A stretch of 64,000 bases of DNA from an uncultured virus (IMG/VR IMGVR_UViG_3300008113_000017) (IMGVR_UViG_3300008113_000017), one strand, 5' to 3'; shown: positions 39,401-49,683, counted from the first letter of the stretch. Translations and numbers: made by a program. The notes: generated by a model not told the origin, from the letters alone.

Positions 39401-39593
39401 CAGTTCTTCCAGGCATGGTTGATTCATACAGATCTAAATTATCTGTTTCTTCTGTAATAGCAATAGTGCCGGAAAATTTACCGGCTCCTTTTAAAGCGCG
39501 CTCAAAGCTAACCCCACTAAAAGGGATTTCAGCTAAAACTTCATTTGAGACTAGGTCTACAGTAAAGTATTTATAACTAGGTGCGTCTACCAT
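36429..39593 (-). CDS. Minor tail/hub protein (siphovirus Gp37-like) with inserted beta-rich repeats
   Basis: LAEIPF..VSF...L.GAG.F.G, LYVLRNGVCIWGG.IW and DGFDYRID motifs; located between Dit and fibre. Confidence 0.8.
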   Translation of the reverse strand: MVDAPSYKYFTVDLVSNEVLAEIPFSGVSFERALKGAGKFSGTIAITEETDNLDLYESTMPGRTALYVLRNGVCIWGGLIWARDYKVTKRELSVDASELTSYLEHRLIWKTFNYSLEAKAEKTVAGGNTKITFTNRTYTMPTLDGSGAKVKAYISFGEQGYAQYGGFYEVLSGGGLDPTSTYFYVKIPKLPTRAGSFYSKVTVTAKVDTYQYVRDIIDELFTDFIDTEFANELIAPGVRDANTITYRKVENSIATITTLNDHGLIAGQRVEIVNLSAPATDLNGTFEILDVPSSNTFTFDLTGIISTLAVNSTALTSTYYPVKSRRVTETNKRAVTKVRRASNLATITTKYPHGFSVGNLVLMKIEDKYKEFNAGGTAVTITAVPTDKTFSYSNTGSALGGASGVTVKNSYAEFSVSRKVLEISVYDGYNLNFLEEDYVYVEGVDDPSWGAPMYDGYKYVTAMDPNSPKTWFQFDPEFDMTVEPSSIAQLKTRKYDKASNLITIITTAPHGFMVGDTIVLNMAKADTFYDGTRVLKTVTNATTFSYQPTSAGAKDVKEQAAAGTAKRVKTQLAPIANTSYIIDRKQRVGSTATIRTTAAHGFVVGDTVIVNSDDSSFNNSDSPVLVLSVPSITTFTYTSVGTAVPSLTVATGTAFAVYTNFGVVRYPTHYSSAGVNRTIYFDGDEHGFVANQFITVFIKGLANYNNAGIPVQITSVTADTITYTFTGATSITVGKTAAPSGSTVLKAASVSKIPTAFSRTYGEFPNNAGIGGITYNNNNYSQKQIINAPLIGSALTNVGDLLKKYSNSVDGFDYRIDCSVENVAGINVFKRQFILIPRTPTTLTTYLLANPLAPGAYAPVSAFGADKLVFEYPGNINDVTLQENAENGVTRMFVVGDGKGSGGGDAGARYAAASANELLADGWPLLESSEKVTWPLVGYNQINLDNWGNFDVEGDLQRSAERFLAESRPPMGEYSIEVNGTVDPAVGTYNPGDWCQIIIRDEFIQKRLNSSLEPRSNTILRKIESIKVAVTEGTESNEKVTLNLVPEWDIDKRG

Positions 39594-39637
39594 TTAATAA
39601 TTTAACCTTGCGTCTGATCGTCACTTATGTATATATT

Positions 39638-41752
39638 CTACCCGATCCAACCAGATCTGTATTTAACAGCAAGAGTTGTGGATCCAGACGTAGGGCTAAA
39701 TTGAACAGTATTGCTTCCCGGTTTTAAATATACCCAGTCTGTTAGGGTATCTATGTAAGAACGAGCAATTGTTGCAGAACCATTAAAAAGAGCAGATTTA
39801 TTGTATGTATCAATTTCTAAAGTGTCTGCACTAGCTAGAGTCACCGTTCCATTAGTTGATGCCGAAGCAAGATCCCCTGTAGTTTTTGCAAAACTTATTG
39901 TCGTATCTGTTACAGCTGTAATAACTGCACCAGTAGTGTTTAATCCAGTTCTACCAGCAGTACTTATGCTAGCAACATTAACTACGTCTCCCACTAAGAA
40001 AGAGTGCACTGTTGCACCAAATCCAAGAGTAACTACGTTAGAAGATACCTGGGAAGTACTAATAGAAACGTTATAACTAGATCCTCTAATATTTTTTGTC
40101 ACGGTTAAAGTTTTTCCAGCCGTTGTGTTTGTTATAGTAATTGGAGCGGTAAGGCCAGCTGATCCACCAGTAAGAGTTAGTACCATAGGAACATCAAAAT
40201 TGCCCTCGTTGCTTATAGAAGTAGATCCAGCTGCAGCAACGGTAGTGCTTTGATAGCCATTGGAATCATTCCAATTCCATTTAAATTTAATCGGATTTGC
40301 AGCTCTAAGTCCAACTGAAAAATCAATTCTTCCTCTGGCATTTACAACTTTTATACTAGGACGCCCACTAAGACGAACATATGCTGCCTTAACAGGATTT
40401 TCATCTACAATCAACCAACCACCAGTAGCAACAAGATTTATTGCAGAAATAAGCCTGTCTCTAGCTGCAGCCGTGTAAGATCTGTCTGGAACAAGAATAG
40501 AACCAGTCAAAGTCATAACTCTAGCTGTATAACGTCCTCTAACGTCATAAGAACCGTCATCGAGGCCACGAGTAAGATCTTGAATTTCCGGGTCTGGCAA
40601 ATCCCACCAACCCTCGATATCGGTACAAACCCATAAAACGTTATTGTTATCAATAGTGTTGAGCAGTAAATTATTGATCATAATATCTGCATTAAGTTCT
40701 ATGCCAGTTAGATGCGGCGCAGGGACTGGTCGAAGAACTGTATTTGTTTTTGTATTCTCTTGTATCTGAGACACTGACTCTACAAACGGACTTGCAAAAG
40801 AATTATTCTCAAACTGTAAAGCATCAAGAAGAAATACTTGTCCGGAGACTGAAGTGGATGTTACAACTACTCTAACTCGTCCGGTGACTGCCGTTGCCGG
40901 AGCCGTCCCTGTTATTGAAACCCTTGTCCAACCACTTGCAACTGTAAGTGCAGATGTAGCAGATGTACTAGTAGATAAAGTTGTTCCACCAGAGTCTCTA
41001 AACCGAATTACTGCTTGAAAGCTTGTGGCTTCTTGGCCGATAGGTATTTTTACGTAGTAAGAAAAAGTGTAGGTAAGACCAGCACCAATAGATATATCTT
41101 TACCAATTTCTATTCCAGAAGTAGAACTTTTAGATACAACACCATAAAAATTTCCATAGTATGATTTTTCTATTTCAGCCAAAGCATTTGTGGTTTCTGT
41201 GGTAGATGCTGGAGAGAAAGAACCAAGACCCGGATTTAATCTAAATCTTGTAGCTGACAAAACAGTTACAATTTTTACTCTTGTATTAAATTGAGAAGTA
41301 GAGAATCCGCTAGTAGATACATATTGACCATTTGTAAGATTATGTGGTGTAGCTGTAATATAATTTACAACTGAAGACGACGCAGGAGTTGCCACTCCGT
41401 TAGCTGGGTATTCAGTCCCAGTAACAGAACCAGCCATAGTAGCTCTAAAAGTGTTTACGTCAATTACAGAGATCGCTGCGGATGTTACGTTAAAGTTTGC
41501 GTATGTAGTGAATCCAGTAATTGTTACAGCGGTTCCGTTTGCAATCCCATGGTTTTGAACAGTGTATACAGCACTAGTAGTTCCAGCAGCAGTCGCGGAC
41601 TCTACCTGAAGACTTATAGTGGCAGAGCTAACTGCAACAGAAGTTATTGTAGAGTTTTTACCCTTAGTATCTAAAGAGCAGTTAGTAGCAGTCCATCCAG
41701 TTTGCGTTGCATTATTAAACGTAGGATCTGGAAATAAGTTAGTTTGTATCAT
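39638..41752 (-). CDS. Distal tail (Dit-like) protein with carbohydrate-binding-like N-domain
   Basis: TNLFPDPTF...YTFSYYVK...WTRVS; DIEGWWD.P...GRYTARVMTLTG; W..LKPGSN. Confidence 0.8.
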   Translation of the reverse strand: MIQTNLFPDPTFNNATQTGWTATNCSLDTKGKNSTITSVAVSSATISLQVESATAAGTTSAVYTVQNHGIANGTAVTITGFTTYANFNVTSAAISVIDVNTFRATMAGSVTGTEYPANGVATPASSSVVNYITATPHNLTNGQYVSTSGFSTSQFNTRVKIVTVLSATRFRLNPGLGSFSPASTTETTNALAEIEKSYYGNFYGVVSKSSTSGIEIGKDISIGAGLTYTFSYYVKIPIGQEATSFQAVIRFRDSGGTTLSTSTSATSALTVASGWTRVSITGTAPATAVTGRVRVVVTSTSVSGQVFLLDALQFENNSFASPFVESVSQIQENTKTNTVLRPVPAPHLTGIELNADIMINNLLLNTIDNNNVLWVCTDIEGWWDLPDPEIQDLTRGLDDGSYDVRGRYTARVMTLTGSILVPDRSYTAAARDRLISAINLVATGGWLIVDENPVKAAYVRLSGRPSIKVVNARGRIDFSVGLRAANPIKFKWNWNDSNGYQSTTVAAAGSTSISNEGNFDVPMVLTLTGGSAGLTAPITITNTTAGKTLTVTKNIRGSSYNVSISTSQVSSNVVTLGFGATVHSFLVGDVVNVASISTAGRTGLNTTGAVITAVTDTTISFAKTTGDLASASTNGTVTLASADTLEIDTYNKSALFNGSATIARSYIDTLTDWVYLKPGSNTVQFSPTSGSTTLAVKYRSGWIG

Positions 41753-41754
41753 TT

Positions 41755-44700
41755 TTAAATAGTACCCTTACGCATAGAGAAAGCAAGCTGACGGGACACT
41801 TCAGCTGCTAGTTCTTTAACACTCATGCCCTCAGAGGCATAAACGTTAATTTCAATAGGAGAAGATTCTGCAGATTTAGACTCTTTAATTGCTGCCAATA
41901 CCGCTTTATCACCAGCAGACAAGCCATTCGAGTCAAGCGGCACAACTCGCTCTGGTTTGCCAGCTTCTGCAATGTTAACAATAGATCCACCGGGGCTAGG
42001 CATAACCGTACCACCTTGAGCAAGCCTTGTTAATTTAACTGGCTTTAGCGGCTCAAGCTTCATGTCTATAGCACCAAATGAAGCAAGTTTAATTCCTTCA
42101 AGAATTATGTTAATTCCATTAAGAAGCAGGTTAATTCCATTAATCATAAAGTTAATTACAGCTTCCACACCGGTAAGCAACAAATTAATTATGCCTTTAA
42201 AAACAATTGATATGCCTTTAAAGATCGCGGCAAAAACAGTACCAATAAGTCTTACGCCTTTAATAATTGCTGTTATTCCAAACATTAGTCCTTCAGCAAA
42301 CCATTTAGCAAGAGTAACTATGACCGCTATCACGCCTTCAATAATTGCAATAAGCGGCGTAAGCAGGCCAGACAAAACTTTAATTGCAGGGCCAAGAACT
42401 GCAAGGAAGACATCAGCAAGTGCAATTACTATGTCAAGAATCGGTTCAATTATGCCCATAAGCAACTCGAGTGCCGGAACCAATAGCGAAGCAGCTGCTT
42501 TTACAATCTCCATCATAGGAGGAAGAAGTTCTTTAAACAGACTACTTATTATAGGTAAAAGCGGCTTAAGAGCATTTAGTAATAATTCAATTACTGGAGA
42601 TAGTGCATCAAAAAGTTTAGTAATTACTGGAACAAGAGCTTCTATTAAGGTGCTAACAAAAGGCATAATTTCTTTTAGAATTTCACCAAATATTGGAGCC
42701 AGATCTTTTATAAGAGTAGCAATTAAAGGAAGAATTGCATCTAAAATATCTTTAATTACAGGAAGAAGCATGTCCATCAACTGATCAATTAAAGGCACCA
42801 GAATTTCTACTAGTTTAACTATAACCGGTACAAGACTTTGTACTAATTGACCAATAAATGGGGCAAGTTCTTTTATAAGATCGGCAACTACTCCAATCAC
42901 CGCATCAAAAGTTTCGAGCAATGCACCGATTATAGGAATAATTACATTTTCAATAATCGGCCCAAGCTGGTTTACAAGAGTTTGAATTAGTGGAGACAGA
43001 GCCTTAATAACGTCAGCAATTACTGGCATTAGGCTAGTAAGAACAGATGAGATAGCTGGCATTAATTCTTCAAATACCGATGCAAAAGAGTCAACTAGTA
43101 GAGTGAGTATTGTCATCAACGGAGGAACTACTGTCCTTACAAGCGTATTAATCGTTGGTATAAGGACGCCTAGCAAAGCATCAATTACAGGCATAATTGA
43201 TTCAAGAAGCGTTACAAATACGCCAACCACTGAAGAAATAATAGTTTTTAGTGGAGGAAGAAGACTCTTTACAAGACTTTCAATAGGATCAAGAAGTTTA
43301 ACAAAAATATCAAATACTGGAAGTAAAGTCTCAACCAAAGTAATAACAATATCAATAACAACTTTTAGAACATCTCCAGCAAGATCCATAAGAAGATCTA
43401 TAACAGACATAATTGGAGGAATAAGTCTTATAAACATATCGGCTAAAGGTTCTATAACGCCAACTACGGCACTAATAATTGGACCTAGCATTCCAAGCAG
43501 AGACATAATACTTGGCATTAACTCATCTATAAATGGCATTATAGATTTAAGTACATCTTGAACTGCAAGGGCAATTGTACTAATTAACGGAGTAATTGCT
43601 GGAATAATTTCTTGTAAAGGATTTAAAACAGCAGTGACAAGAGAATCTACTATAGGCATCACTGTTTCTAGTAATCCAACAACGACAGGAATAATAGCAC
43701 TTATTATTCCAGATAGTGCAGGTATTACAGCATTACCAATTTGAGTAATAACAGTACCAACAGCTTTAAGGATCTCGGCAAGTATTGGCATGAAGTCAGT
43801 TACCATCTGTATAAGCACTGGAGCCAGCTGAGCAACCATGTCATTAAATAGTGGAAAAACGTGCTGAACTAAAGAATCAAATATAGGAACGATTGTGTCT
43901 GCAAGTACTTTTCCTAAAAGTGTAAATATATCTACTAATCCAGAAACAACGCCGTTTAGTCCGCTATCCCTACCAGTAAATGCAGCAATTAATAAAGCAA
44001 AAGAATCGGCTAGTTCCCGCAGTAAGGTTCCAGCCATGTCAGAAAATATTGCAATAAGAGGTCCAACTGCATCAATTATTGCTTTAAATACAGGAGTAAA
44101 ATCTTTTATCAAAACTGCAACAAGATTAATAATCTGAGAAATTACGCTAGCTATAACCGGTATAAAGTCTTTTAAGAATAGATCAACTACAGGTCCTAGT
44201 GATCCGACAAGCATTCCAAATAGTTCCGCTACAAGTTTTATAACTGGGACTAAGGAGTCTAAAAGTTGCGCAGTTAGATCTGCTCCATAACGTATTACCA
44301 ATACTAAGGTGTCAACAAGGAATTCCATTGCAGGAACTATCGCTTCCATGATAGGCGGAATTAATCCCATCAAAGCAGTTGCAAGATTTCCAATAGGGCC
44401 AACAAGTTTATCTACACCAGCAGTAATTTCACTAGATAGTATTTTTGCAAATTGCTGCATTGCTACATTTATTACATCAAGTATTGGCTTAACTGTGTCC
44501 TGGATAGTTTTCCAGGTTGCATCCATAGAGTTTTTAAAGTCTTCGTTAGTGTTGTATAAATATATAAATAAACCAGCAAGCGCAGTCATGAAAGCCAAAA
44601 TTGGGTGCTGAGCAACCTTATTTAAGTTTTCTGTAAGCTTACCCATACCGCCAACAAGTACGTCTAAGCCTTTACCACCATAAATAGCAAGAAGACCAAA

Positions 44701-46464
44701 AGCTAGTGCAAATGCGTGAATCTTTGCAGTTGCTTTAAAGAATGCCTTTACCATAGGTTTTTCCATAAAGTTTGCAAGCATTTTTGCTGCACCATTTAAG
44801 ATCTTAAAGAATTCAACAACAGCACCCGATTGAGCAAAAGCACCCAGGAACCTAAGAATATTTACTACAAGCTCACCAAATACAGGAAGCGCAGATCCAA
44901 CTTCTTCAAACATATCTTTAAGAGCCGGCATGCCTTTTTGTAAAACAGCAAAAAATTCACCAAGATTTGGAGTTTGTAAAGCACCAAATATTGTTCTTAC
45001 CATTGTTCCTATAAGTTGTAGGAATGATTTAGCGTTTTGAGCCCCCATAAATAGGCTCTTACGCATCTTTTCAATACCCTCCGGGCTATTTCTAAGAACT
45101 TTCCATTTGCCAGTTACTTCTTTAAACCAATCAAGAAGCATCTCTCCACCAGAGTTTTTACCTACCGAAGATTTTATGATTCCACTAAAAGCACCAAAAG
45201 AGTTTCCAATAATTGCACCAAGTTTGGCAGTTAAACGTCCGGCTTGTAAGAAAAACTTTCTAAGCTCTCCGGTAGACTCTTTTAGTCTAAGATCGGCTAA
45301 AAATCCTTTAGTTTTTTTGTTTAAGAACTTGGTAAACATGCTCAGCAAAGGCGCGGCTTGCTTGAGCAGTAGAACTAGAATTGCAAATATGTTTCCTAAA
45401 GGCTTGCCCATTTGCTCTATAAAGTGAGCAGACATTTGCATAACAGAGTTGACGGCTTTTAGATTCTGCGCACTTGTAATAATGTGAGCAAAAGATCTTG
45501 CAGCTTTACCCATTGCTATAGCAATAGACGATACACCTTTTTCAAAGACCGGCATACCACGTTTTACTATTAAACCTAAAGCATTTTGTAGAGGTGGGAG
45601 CAATCCCTTAGCAGCAACAAGACGTAGTCTTGTCATGTTTTTAGATAGGCCGGCTAAGAATTTAGCAAAGTTTTTTTGATATATATTCAAGCCAACCATG
45701 GCTTGTTCTATAGGAGTTCTACCAAATCCAGCAGACCCCTTAGCCTGCTGCTCCTGTAAATCTTTATTGCGATCAATTGCTCGACGCATATTAAGATCTG
45801 CTTCAGCATAAGCAAGTTCTGCTTCACGTCTAACTCTAGAGTTAGGCGGCAAATCCTGAACCATTGCAAGACGTTCTCTAGCTTCCTCTAGAGACATACC
45901 AGCACGAAGCTCGCTTAAAGCTGCTTCTTCAGCATCAAATGCTAATTGCTGTAAGTCTTCAGATATCTCTCTGGCAGTTTTACCAAGTCCTTTTTGTTCC
46001 TTGGTTAAAGCAGCAGCAGCTTCGGTTACACCTTTTAGAGCAAATTTACCAACCATGCCACCAAGTTTTAGTGCAACCATAGCCCCACCAAGAGCTATCA
46101 TGGATGGTGCTGCTCCAGCTAATGCACCAGCTAAAGCAAGTATGGCGTTACCTAGAGATCCGATACCACCAATTAAACCGCCAAGTATGGTTCCAAAACC
46201 ATAAAACTTACGTTGTAGAGATGCAAAGGCGTCGTAGGCTTGCTTAGACCCCGGACGTAAAGCTTCTAGTCCTTTAGAAACTCGGCCAAAGAAAGATACT
46301 CCGTCTTGCTTAGCCGCGTTAAACGCTCTAGAAAAAGCACCACTTATCTTTTGACCGGCTTCAGAGCCAAGTCTTTCAGACCCTCTAAATCCATTACGAA
46401 TGTCACCTTTTACACGGTTTGTTATCGCACGGACTATGACGTGAGCTTCACCTACGACTGCCAT
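41755..46464 (-). CDS. Tape measure protein
   Basis: 1569 aa; amphipathic 11-residue P-x-I repeats; LAQGG.V...E.VVPL near the C-end; follows the chaperones. Confidence 0.93.
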   Translation of the reverse strand: MAVVGEAHVIVRAITNRVKGDIRNGFRGSERLGSEAGQKISGAFSRAFNAAKQDGVSFFGRVSKGLEALRPGSKQAYDAFASLQRKFYGFGTILGGLIGGIGSLGNAILALAGALAGAAPSMIALGGAMVALKLGGMVGKFALKGVTEAAAALTKEQKGLGKTAREISEDLQQLAFDAEEAALSELRAGMSLEEARERLAMVQDLPPNSRVRREAELAYAEADLNMRRAIDRNKDLQEQQAKGSAGFGRTPIEQAMVGLNIYQKNFAKFLAGLSKNMTRLRLVAAKGLLPPLQNALGLIVKRGMPVFEKGVSSIAIAMGKAARSFAHIITSAQNLKAVNSVMQMSAHFIEQMGKPLGNIFAILVLLLKQAAPLLSMFTKFLNKKTKGFLADLRLKESTGELRKFFLQAGRLTAKLGAIIGNSFGAFSGIIKSSVGKNSGGEMLLDWFKEVTGKWKVLRNSPEGIEKMRKSLFMGAQNAKSFLQLIGTMVRTIFGALQTPNLGEFFAVLQKGMPALKDMFEEVGSALPVFGELVVNILRFLGAFAQSGAVVEFFKILNGAAKMLANFMEKPMVKAFFKATAKIHAFALAFGLLAIYGGKGLDVLVGGMGKLTENLNKVAQHPILAFMTALAGLFIYLYNTNEDFKNSMDATWKTIQDTVKPILDVINVAMQQFAKILSSEITAGVDKLVGPIGNLATALMGLIPPIMEAIVPAMEFLVDTLVLVIRYGADLTAQLLDSLVPVIKLVAELFGMLVGSLGPVVDLFLKDFIPVIASVISQIINLVAVLIKDFTPVFKAIIDAVGPLIAIFSDMAGTLLRELADSFALLIAAFTGRDSGLNGVVSGLVDIFTLLGKVLADTIVPIFDSLVQHVFPLFNDMVAQLAPVLIQMVTDFMPILAEILKAVGTVITQIGNAVIPALSGIISAIIPVVVGLLETVMPIVDSLVTAVLNPLQEIIPAITPLISTIALAVQDVLKSIMPFIDELMPSIMSLLGMLGPIISAVVGVIEPLADMFIRLIPPIMSVIDLLMDLAGDVLKVVIDIVITLVETLLPVFDIFVKLLDPIESLVKSLLPPLKTIISSVVGVFVTLLESIMPVIDALLGVLIPTINTLVRTVVPPLMTILTLLVDSFASVFEELMPAISSVLTSLMPVIADVIKALSPLIQTLVNQLGPIIENVIIPIIGALLETFDAVIGVVADLIKELAPFIGQLVQSLVPVIVKLVEILVPLIDQLMDMLLPVIKDILDAILPLIATLIKDLAPIFGEILKEIMPFVSTLIEALVPVITKLFDALSPVIELLLNALKPLLPIISSLFKELLPPMMEIVKAAASLLVPALELLMGIIEPILDIVIALADVFLAVLGPAIKVLSGLLTPLIAIIEGVIAVIVTLAKWFAEGLMFGITAIIKGVRLIGTVFAAIFKGISIVFKGIINLLLTGVEAVINFMINGINLLLNGINIILEGIKLASFGAIDMKLEPLKPVKLTRLAQGGTVMPSPGGSIVNIAEAGKPERVVPLDSNGLSAGDKAVLAAIKESKSAESSPIEINVYASEGMSVKELAAEVSRQLAFSMRKGTI

Positions 46465-46474
46465 TTATCATCAC

Positions 46475-46945
46475 CTACCCTATTGGCGCATCTAGTATTC
46501 CGTTAAACGGATCGTCTAAATTCGGGCCTACTTCAGTTGGAGGAGTGTAGGCCTTAACTGGTTCTTTGTATCTAGGGTTAAACGGTTTAATATCAGAATC
46601 ATCATCTTTTGTAGAAAACGATGACTCTTCAGCAAACTGAAGATCATCTACCCCGCTAGCTGTATCAAAGCCAGCATTTTTCTTTTTAGCAGCATATTTA
46701 TAAGATTTATTGTAGAAATCTTTGTAGAGGGTAGTTCTTAGTTGATCTCTTGCCTGAGATTGCTCTGCGGAACTTACATCAAAAGCATCTTCTAGCAGAT
46801 AATGGAGTACGTCTAGCATGTCAGATGCCTCCAAACTTTCTAGTCTAATTCCGTTAAATATGCACTTACCGTTTACATACGGCCATAAGTCGAGCCCCCA
46901 CTCGATTAACCCTATGGCCGCTCTATCGGGCGGTCTGAGTATTCC
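46475..46945 (-). CDS. Tail assembly chaperone, frameshift extension (GT-like)
   Basis: The -1 frame is open from 46945 across the upstream stop (AAIGLIEWGLDLWPYVNGK...MLDVLHY). Confidence 0.7.
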   Translation of the reverse strand, partial: GILRPPDRAAIGLIEWGLDLWPYVNGKCIFNGIRLESLEASDMLDVLHYLLEDAFDVSSAEQSQARDQLRTTLYKDFYNKSYKYAAKKKNAGFDTASGVDDLQFAEESSFSTKDDDSDIKPFNPRYKEPVKAYTPPTEVGPNLDDPFNGILDAPIG

Positions 46946-47238
46946 TCAATCAGCCATGAGACGATCTCGGCTAAAGTCTCCACAGGAACAATTTTTTCCT
47001 TGTCATTTAGAAGTGCATCAAAACGTTCGTAGCTTTCGTCAAGCAGAACGGTCTTGAAGAACTTGGTCATAACTGCTGCAGTTTTTGCTGGATCTTCTGA
47101 TCCTGAATCAGCAACAAGGTCTAACAAAACCTTGCCCTGAAGTTGAGTAACACAAGTGAACTCTTCGTTGAAAAGTTTGAATTTTACTGGTTCAGCATTT
47201 GAATCTACTGATCCACCAAAGTCCTTGAATCTGGCCAT
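46912..47238 (-). CDS. Tail assembly chaperone (G-like)
   Basis: Position before the TMP; F.L..EEF.C...L.EIVSWL.EEYSDRP; TAAGGA RBS. Confidence 0.8.
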   Translation of the reverse strand: MARFKDFGGSVDSNAEPVKFKLFNEEFTCVTQLQGKVLLDLVADSGSEDPAKTAAVMTKFFKTVLLDESYERFDALLNDKEKIVPVETLAEIVSWLIEEYSDRPIERP

Positions 47239-47286
47239 AATTACAGTATCCTTAATTTAGTATTGAATGTGGACATGAAGTTAAAG

Positions 47287-47838
47287 TTATTTAACTCCAT
47301 CTATTAATCTTAGGCTATCTTTCAAATACCTATTTGGCTTAAATCCAGGGTGAACCACACGTTTGCTATAGATAATACGGGCACCCGTCCTGAACCGAAG
47401 GGTTTTAGTTGTACCTTTTGGAGTGATAATCCTAGGTTTCATACCCTCGTGATGGACGTAGGCGTAATTGACTGTTGACCCAATTTTCATTATTTGCCCA
47501 CCAACCATTGGCCTATGGTCTTGAATTCTAATAGACTCTCTAAGCCGACCGGTTCTGACACCCACCTGGGCCTTTGCACCGGCAACAACTTTAGTTCCTT
47601 GTACTGTTAGCCAACGGCCAACAGCACCATTCGGTGCGTGCAAAAATGTTTGAATTACAGGCTCATAAAAAATTACATCTTTAAATGAATATGTAATTCC
47701 GGTCGATACAGATCTAGAACCCCTAGAAACTGGATTGCCGCCAAAACCTTTACCCCTAGCAATAGTTCTTTTAGCAATCCTTTTACTTTGACCCAGGCTG
47801 TACGTAAGCCAGCTGTCAGGTATTATGTAATATGGCAT
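47287..47838 (-). CDS. HK97 gp10-like head-tail/tail completion protein
   Basis: VRTGRLRESI, YAYVHHEG and V.HPG.KPN.YL motifs. Confidence 0.8.
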   Translation of the reverse strand: MPYYIIPDSWLTYSLGQSKRIAKRTIARGKGFGGNPVSRGSRSVSTGITYSFKDVIFYEPVIQTFLHAPNGAVGRWLTVQGTKVVAGAKAQVGVRTGRLRESIRIQDHRPMVGGQIMKIGSTVNYAYVHHEGMKPRIITPKGTTKTLRFRTGARIIYSKRVVHPGFKPNRYLKDSLRLIDGVK

Positions 47839-47839
47839 T

Positions 47840-48346
47840 TTATGGAACCGCCATTGTCACCTGAAGGTTTATTACTTGGTAGCCACCTTCAGCTGACGGA
47901 GCCTCCAATGTAGCAATAACGCCAACACCAAAACCAGTCTCATCCCACTGATCTAATAAATTAATACTTTGCATAAGAACCCACGAATCAACCGCAGAAA
48001 TGTGACCAGACTTCTCGATCTGCTCTGCTGTTGGTGGACGTCCGTTTTGTCCAACAATGGGGACGGCGCGTGCAATCATGATATTCATAACAACAGTCCT
48101 GGTTGTATTACAACGCTGGGGCCTACTTGCTTGATCACCAGGAGGGCCTAAATAAAGTTGTTGCACGGCCACCACCATTTGTTCGCAATCGACAATTGGA
48201 GTACCAAAGGTCCAATAGCGTCTAGCGGGTAGGGGTACGTTATACGACTGGTATATAGTAGCCACTCGTTCAACAACACCATCTAGCATTTCTTTTAACG
48301 CAAGCGCGTCTTCAGAAACGTTTGATATATCTACCGCTAATGCCAT
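47840..48346 (-). CDS. Tail terminator-like protein
   Basis: Position and DCEQ.VV...R..P...GG pattern typical of actinophage neck proteins. Confidence 0.65.
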   Translation of the reverse strand: MALAVDISNVSEDALALKEMLDGVVERVATIYQSYNVPLPARRYWTFGTPIVDCEQMVVAVQQLYLGPPGDQASRPQRCNTTRTVVMNIMIARAVPIVGQNGRPPTAEQIEKSGHISAVDSWVLMQSINLLDQWDETGFGVGVIATLEAPSAEGGYQVINLQVTMAVP

Positions 48347-48349
48347 TTG

Positions 48350-48559
48350 TTACTCTGCTACTTCCTCGTCATCTGCTACGACTACAGCTGGCTCTTCTAC
48401 TACAGGTTCGACTACAACCTCTGGCTCAACTACGGCCACTGGCTCTTCAACCTTTTTAGAAGCTGGCTTTGGAGTTACTTTTTTAGGAGCAACTACAACT
48501 TCTGCAGCCTTCACACCGCCGAGCATGTCGACAGCACGGAAGTTTGTCTGAACTGACAT
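48350..48559 (-). CDS. Small low-complexity protein
   Basis: V/E/P-rich ORF with AGTAGGA RBS. Confidence 0.65.
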   Translation of the reverse strand: MSVQTNFRAVDMLGGVKAAEVVVAPKKVTPKPASKKVEEPVAVVEPEVVVEPVVEEPAVVVADDEEVAE

Positions 48560-48573
48560 ACTGTCCTACTTTC

Positions 48574-49683
48574 TTAGCTATATAACTTGATCTGGAGGTT
48601 TCCAGTCTCAATCTCTGATACGGTTTCTACACCAGCAATGGTTTTAGTAGCGTATAGAGTCCATGTACCCGGGTCTACCATACCTAACGCACCCCATGCG
48701 TTTTTGTATGTGACTGGGAAAGATACGGTTTGCGCACCGTTATTTAGTGTGATGTCAGAAGCAGATATTTCTACAGTTTTAGACCCAGAGTAGCTTCTTA
48801 AAACTACACTTGGTATCCAGTCCGGTTCATCAAAGAACAAGCTTACATCTACGCTTGCTTTTCCAGCAGATGTCCAAGTTGTAGTTGCTTCTCTAATTAC
48901 GTTTATATCTGTGTCTGCATTTGTTGCAAGGACTAGATCTTTTCTGGTATACCTACGACCTCTAGGAACATCAGGGCTAAATACTCTAGCCTTGGCTCTA
49001 GCTTTGTCTGGATTTATAGACTTTAAGAATAGATCTACTACATATAAACCAGTTCTTACATCTTCAATAAAATCTTGGCTGTCGAGCAGTGTATAAGACA
49101 CACCTTGCCGAGAAATAGAAGTAATACGCTGAGGCAGCATGCAGTCGTCATCGCCAGCCCACAGCTTGGCAAGCTCAATAGCCAACGTGCGAGCAGCCAT
49201 TTTTCCAGCAGTAGGAATTGGTGATCCATAAGTGTAAGTAACTTCAACGTTGCAGGGAGTCCAGGGGACTCCAGCTGCAGCTTGAAGTGTCGAGTGATCT
49301 ACCAAATAGTAACTATCCTCACTCAGGATATCTCCAGTTCTAATACGAACTGAGTGCACCTTTGTTACCGGTCTGCCACGTAATTTTATGCGTGACTCGG
49401 GAGAGAGACCATCCGATACCAATTCAGCATATTCTTGAAAATCAGTAATCGGAATATTGTAAACTTCACCAGAAATTAAAGTGGCATAGTAGTTTTTAGA
49501 AGAAGGACCCATACGATACGCACGCTTAGCACAGACGTATCTTTCAGTGACAGTGACTTCGCCAGTATATTTACGGCCTGACATAGTCCACATCAAATAC
49601 GATGCAACTTCGCAGGCTTCCTGAGCAAACTCAGTACTTGCGTAGTAACCTAGATCGGCTGGTTCTACCCATAAAGCTGTCAT
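48574..49683 (-). CDS. Head-to-tail adaptor with C-terminal extra domain
   Basis: A...L...SGR.Y.G, VTYTYG..P, C.LP.R.TS.SRQGVS and TGL..VD.F...NP motifs. Confidence 0.8.
   Translation of the reverse strand: MTALWVEPADLGYYASTEFAQEACEVASYLMWTMSGRKYTGEVTVTERYVCAKRAYRMGPSSKNYYATLISGEVYNIPITDFQEYAELVSDGLSPESRIKLRGRPVTKVHSVRIRTGDILSEDSYYLVDHSTLQAAAGVPWTPCNVEVTYTYGSPIPTAGKMAARTLAIELAKLWAGDDDCMLPQRITSISRQGVSYTLLDSQDFIEDVRTGLYVVDLFLKSINPDKARAKARVFSPDVPRGRRYTRKDLVLATNADTDINVIREATTTWTSAGKASVDVSLFFDEPDWIPSVVLRSYSGSKTVEISASDITLNNGAQTVSFPVTYKNAWGALGMVDPGTWTLYATKTIAGVETVSEIETGNLQIKLYS

Noticed and set aside
42062..46506. Long plus-strand ORFs opposite the tape measure gene (also opposite fibre, protease and nrdJ)
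   Set aside because: Shadow ORFs from codon bias; no RBS or motifs
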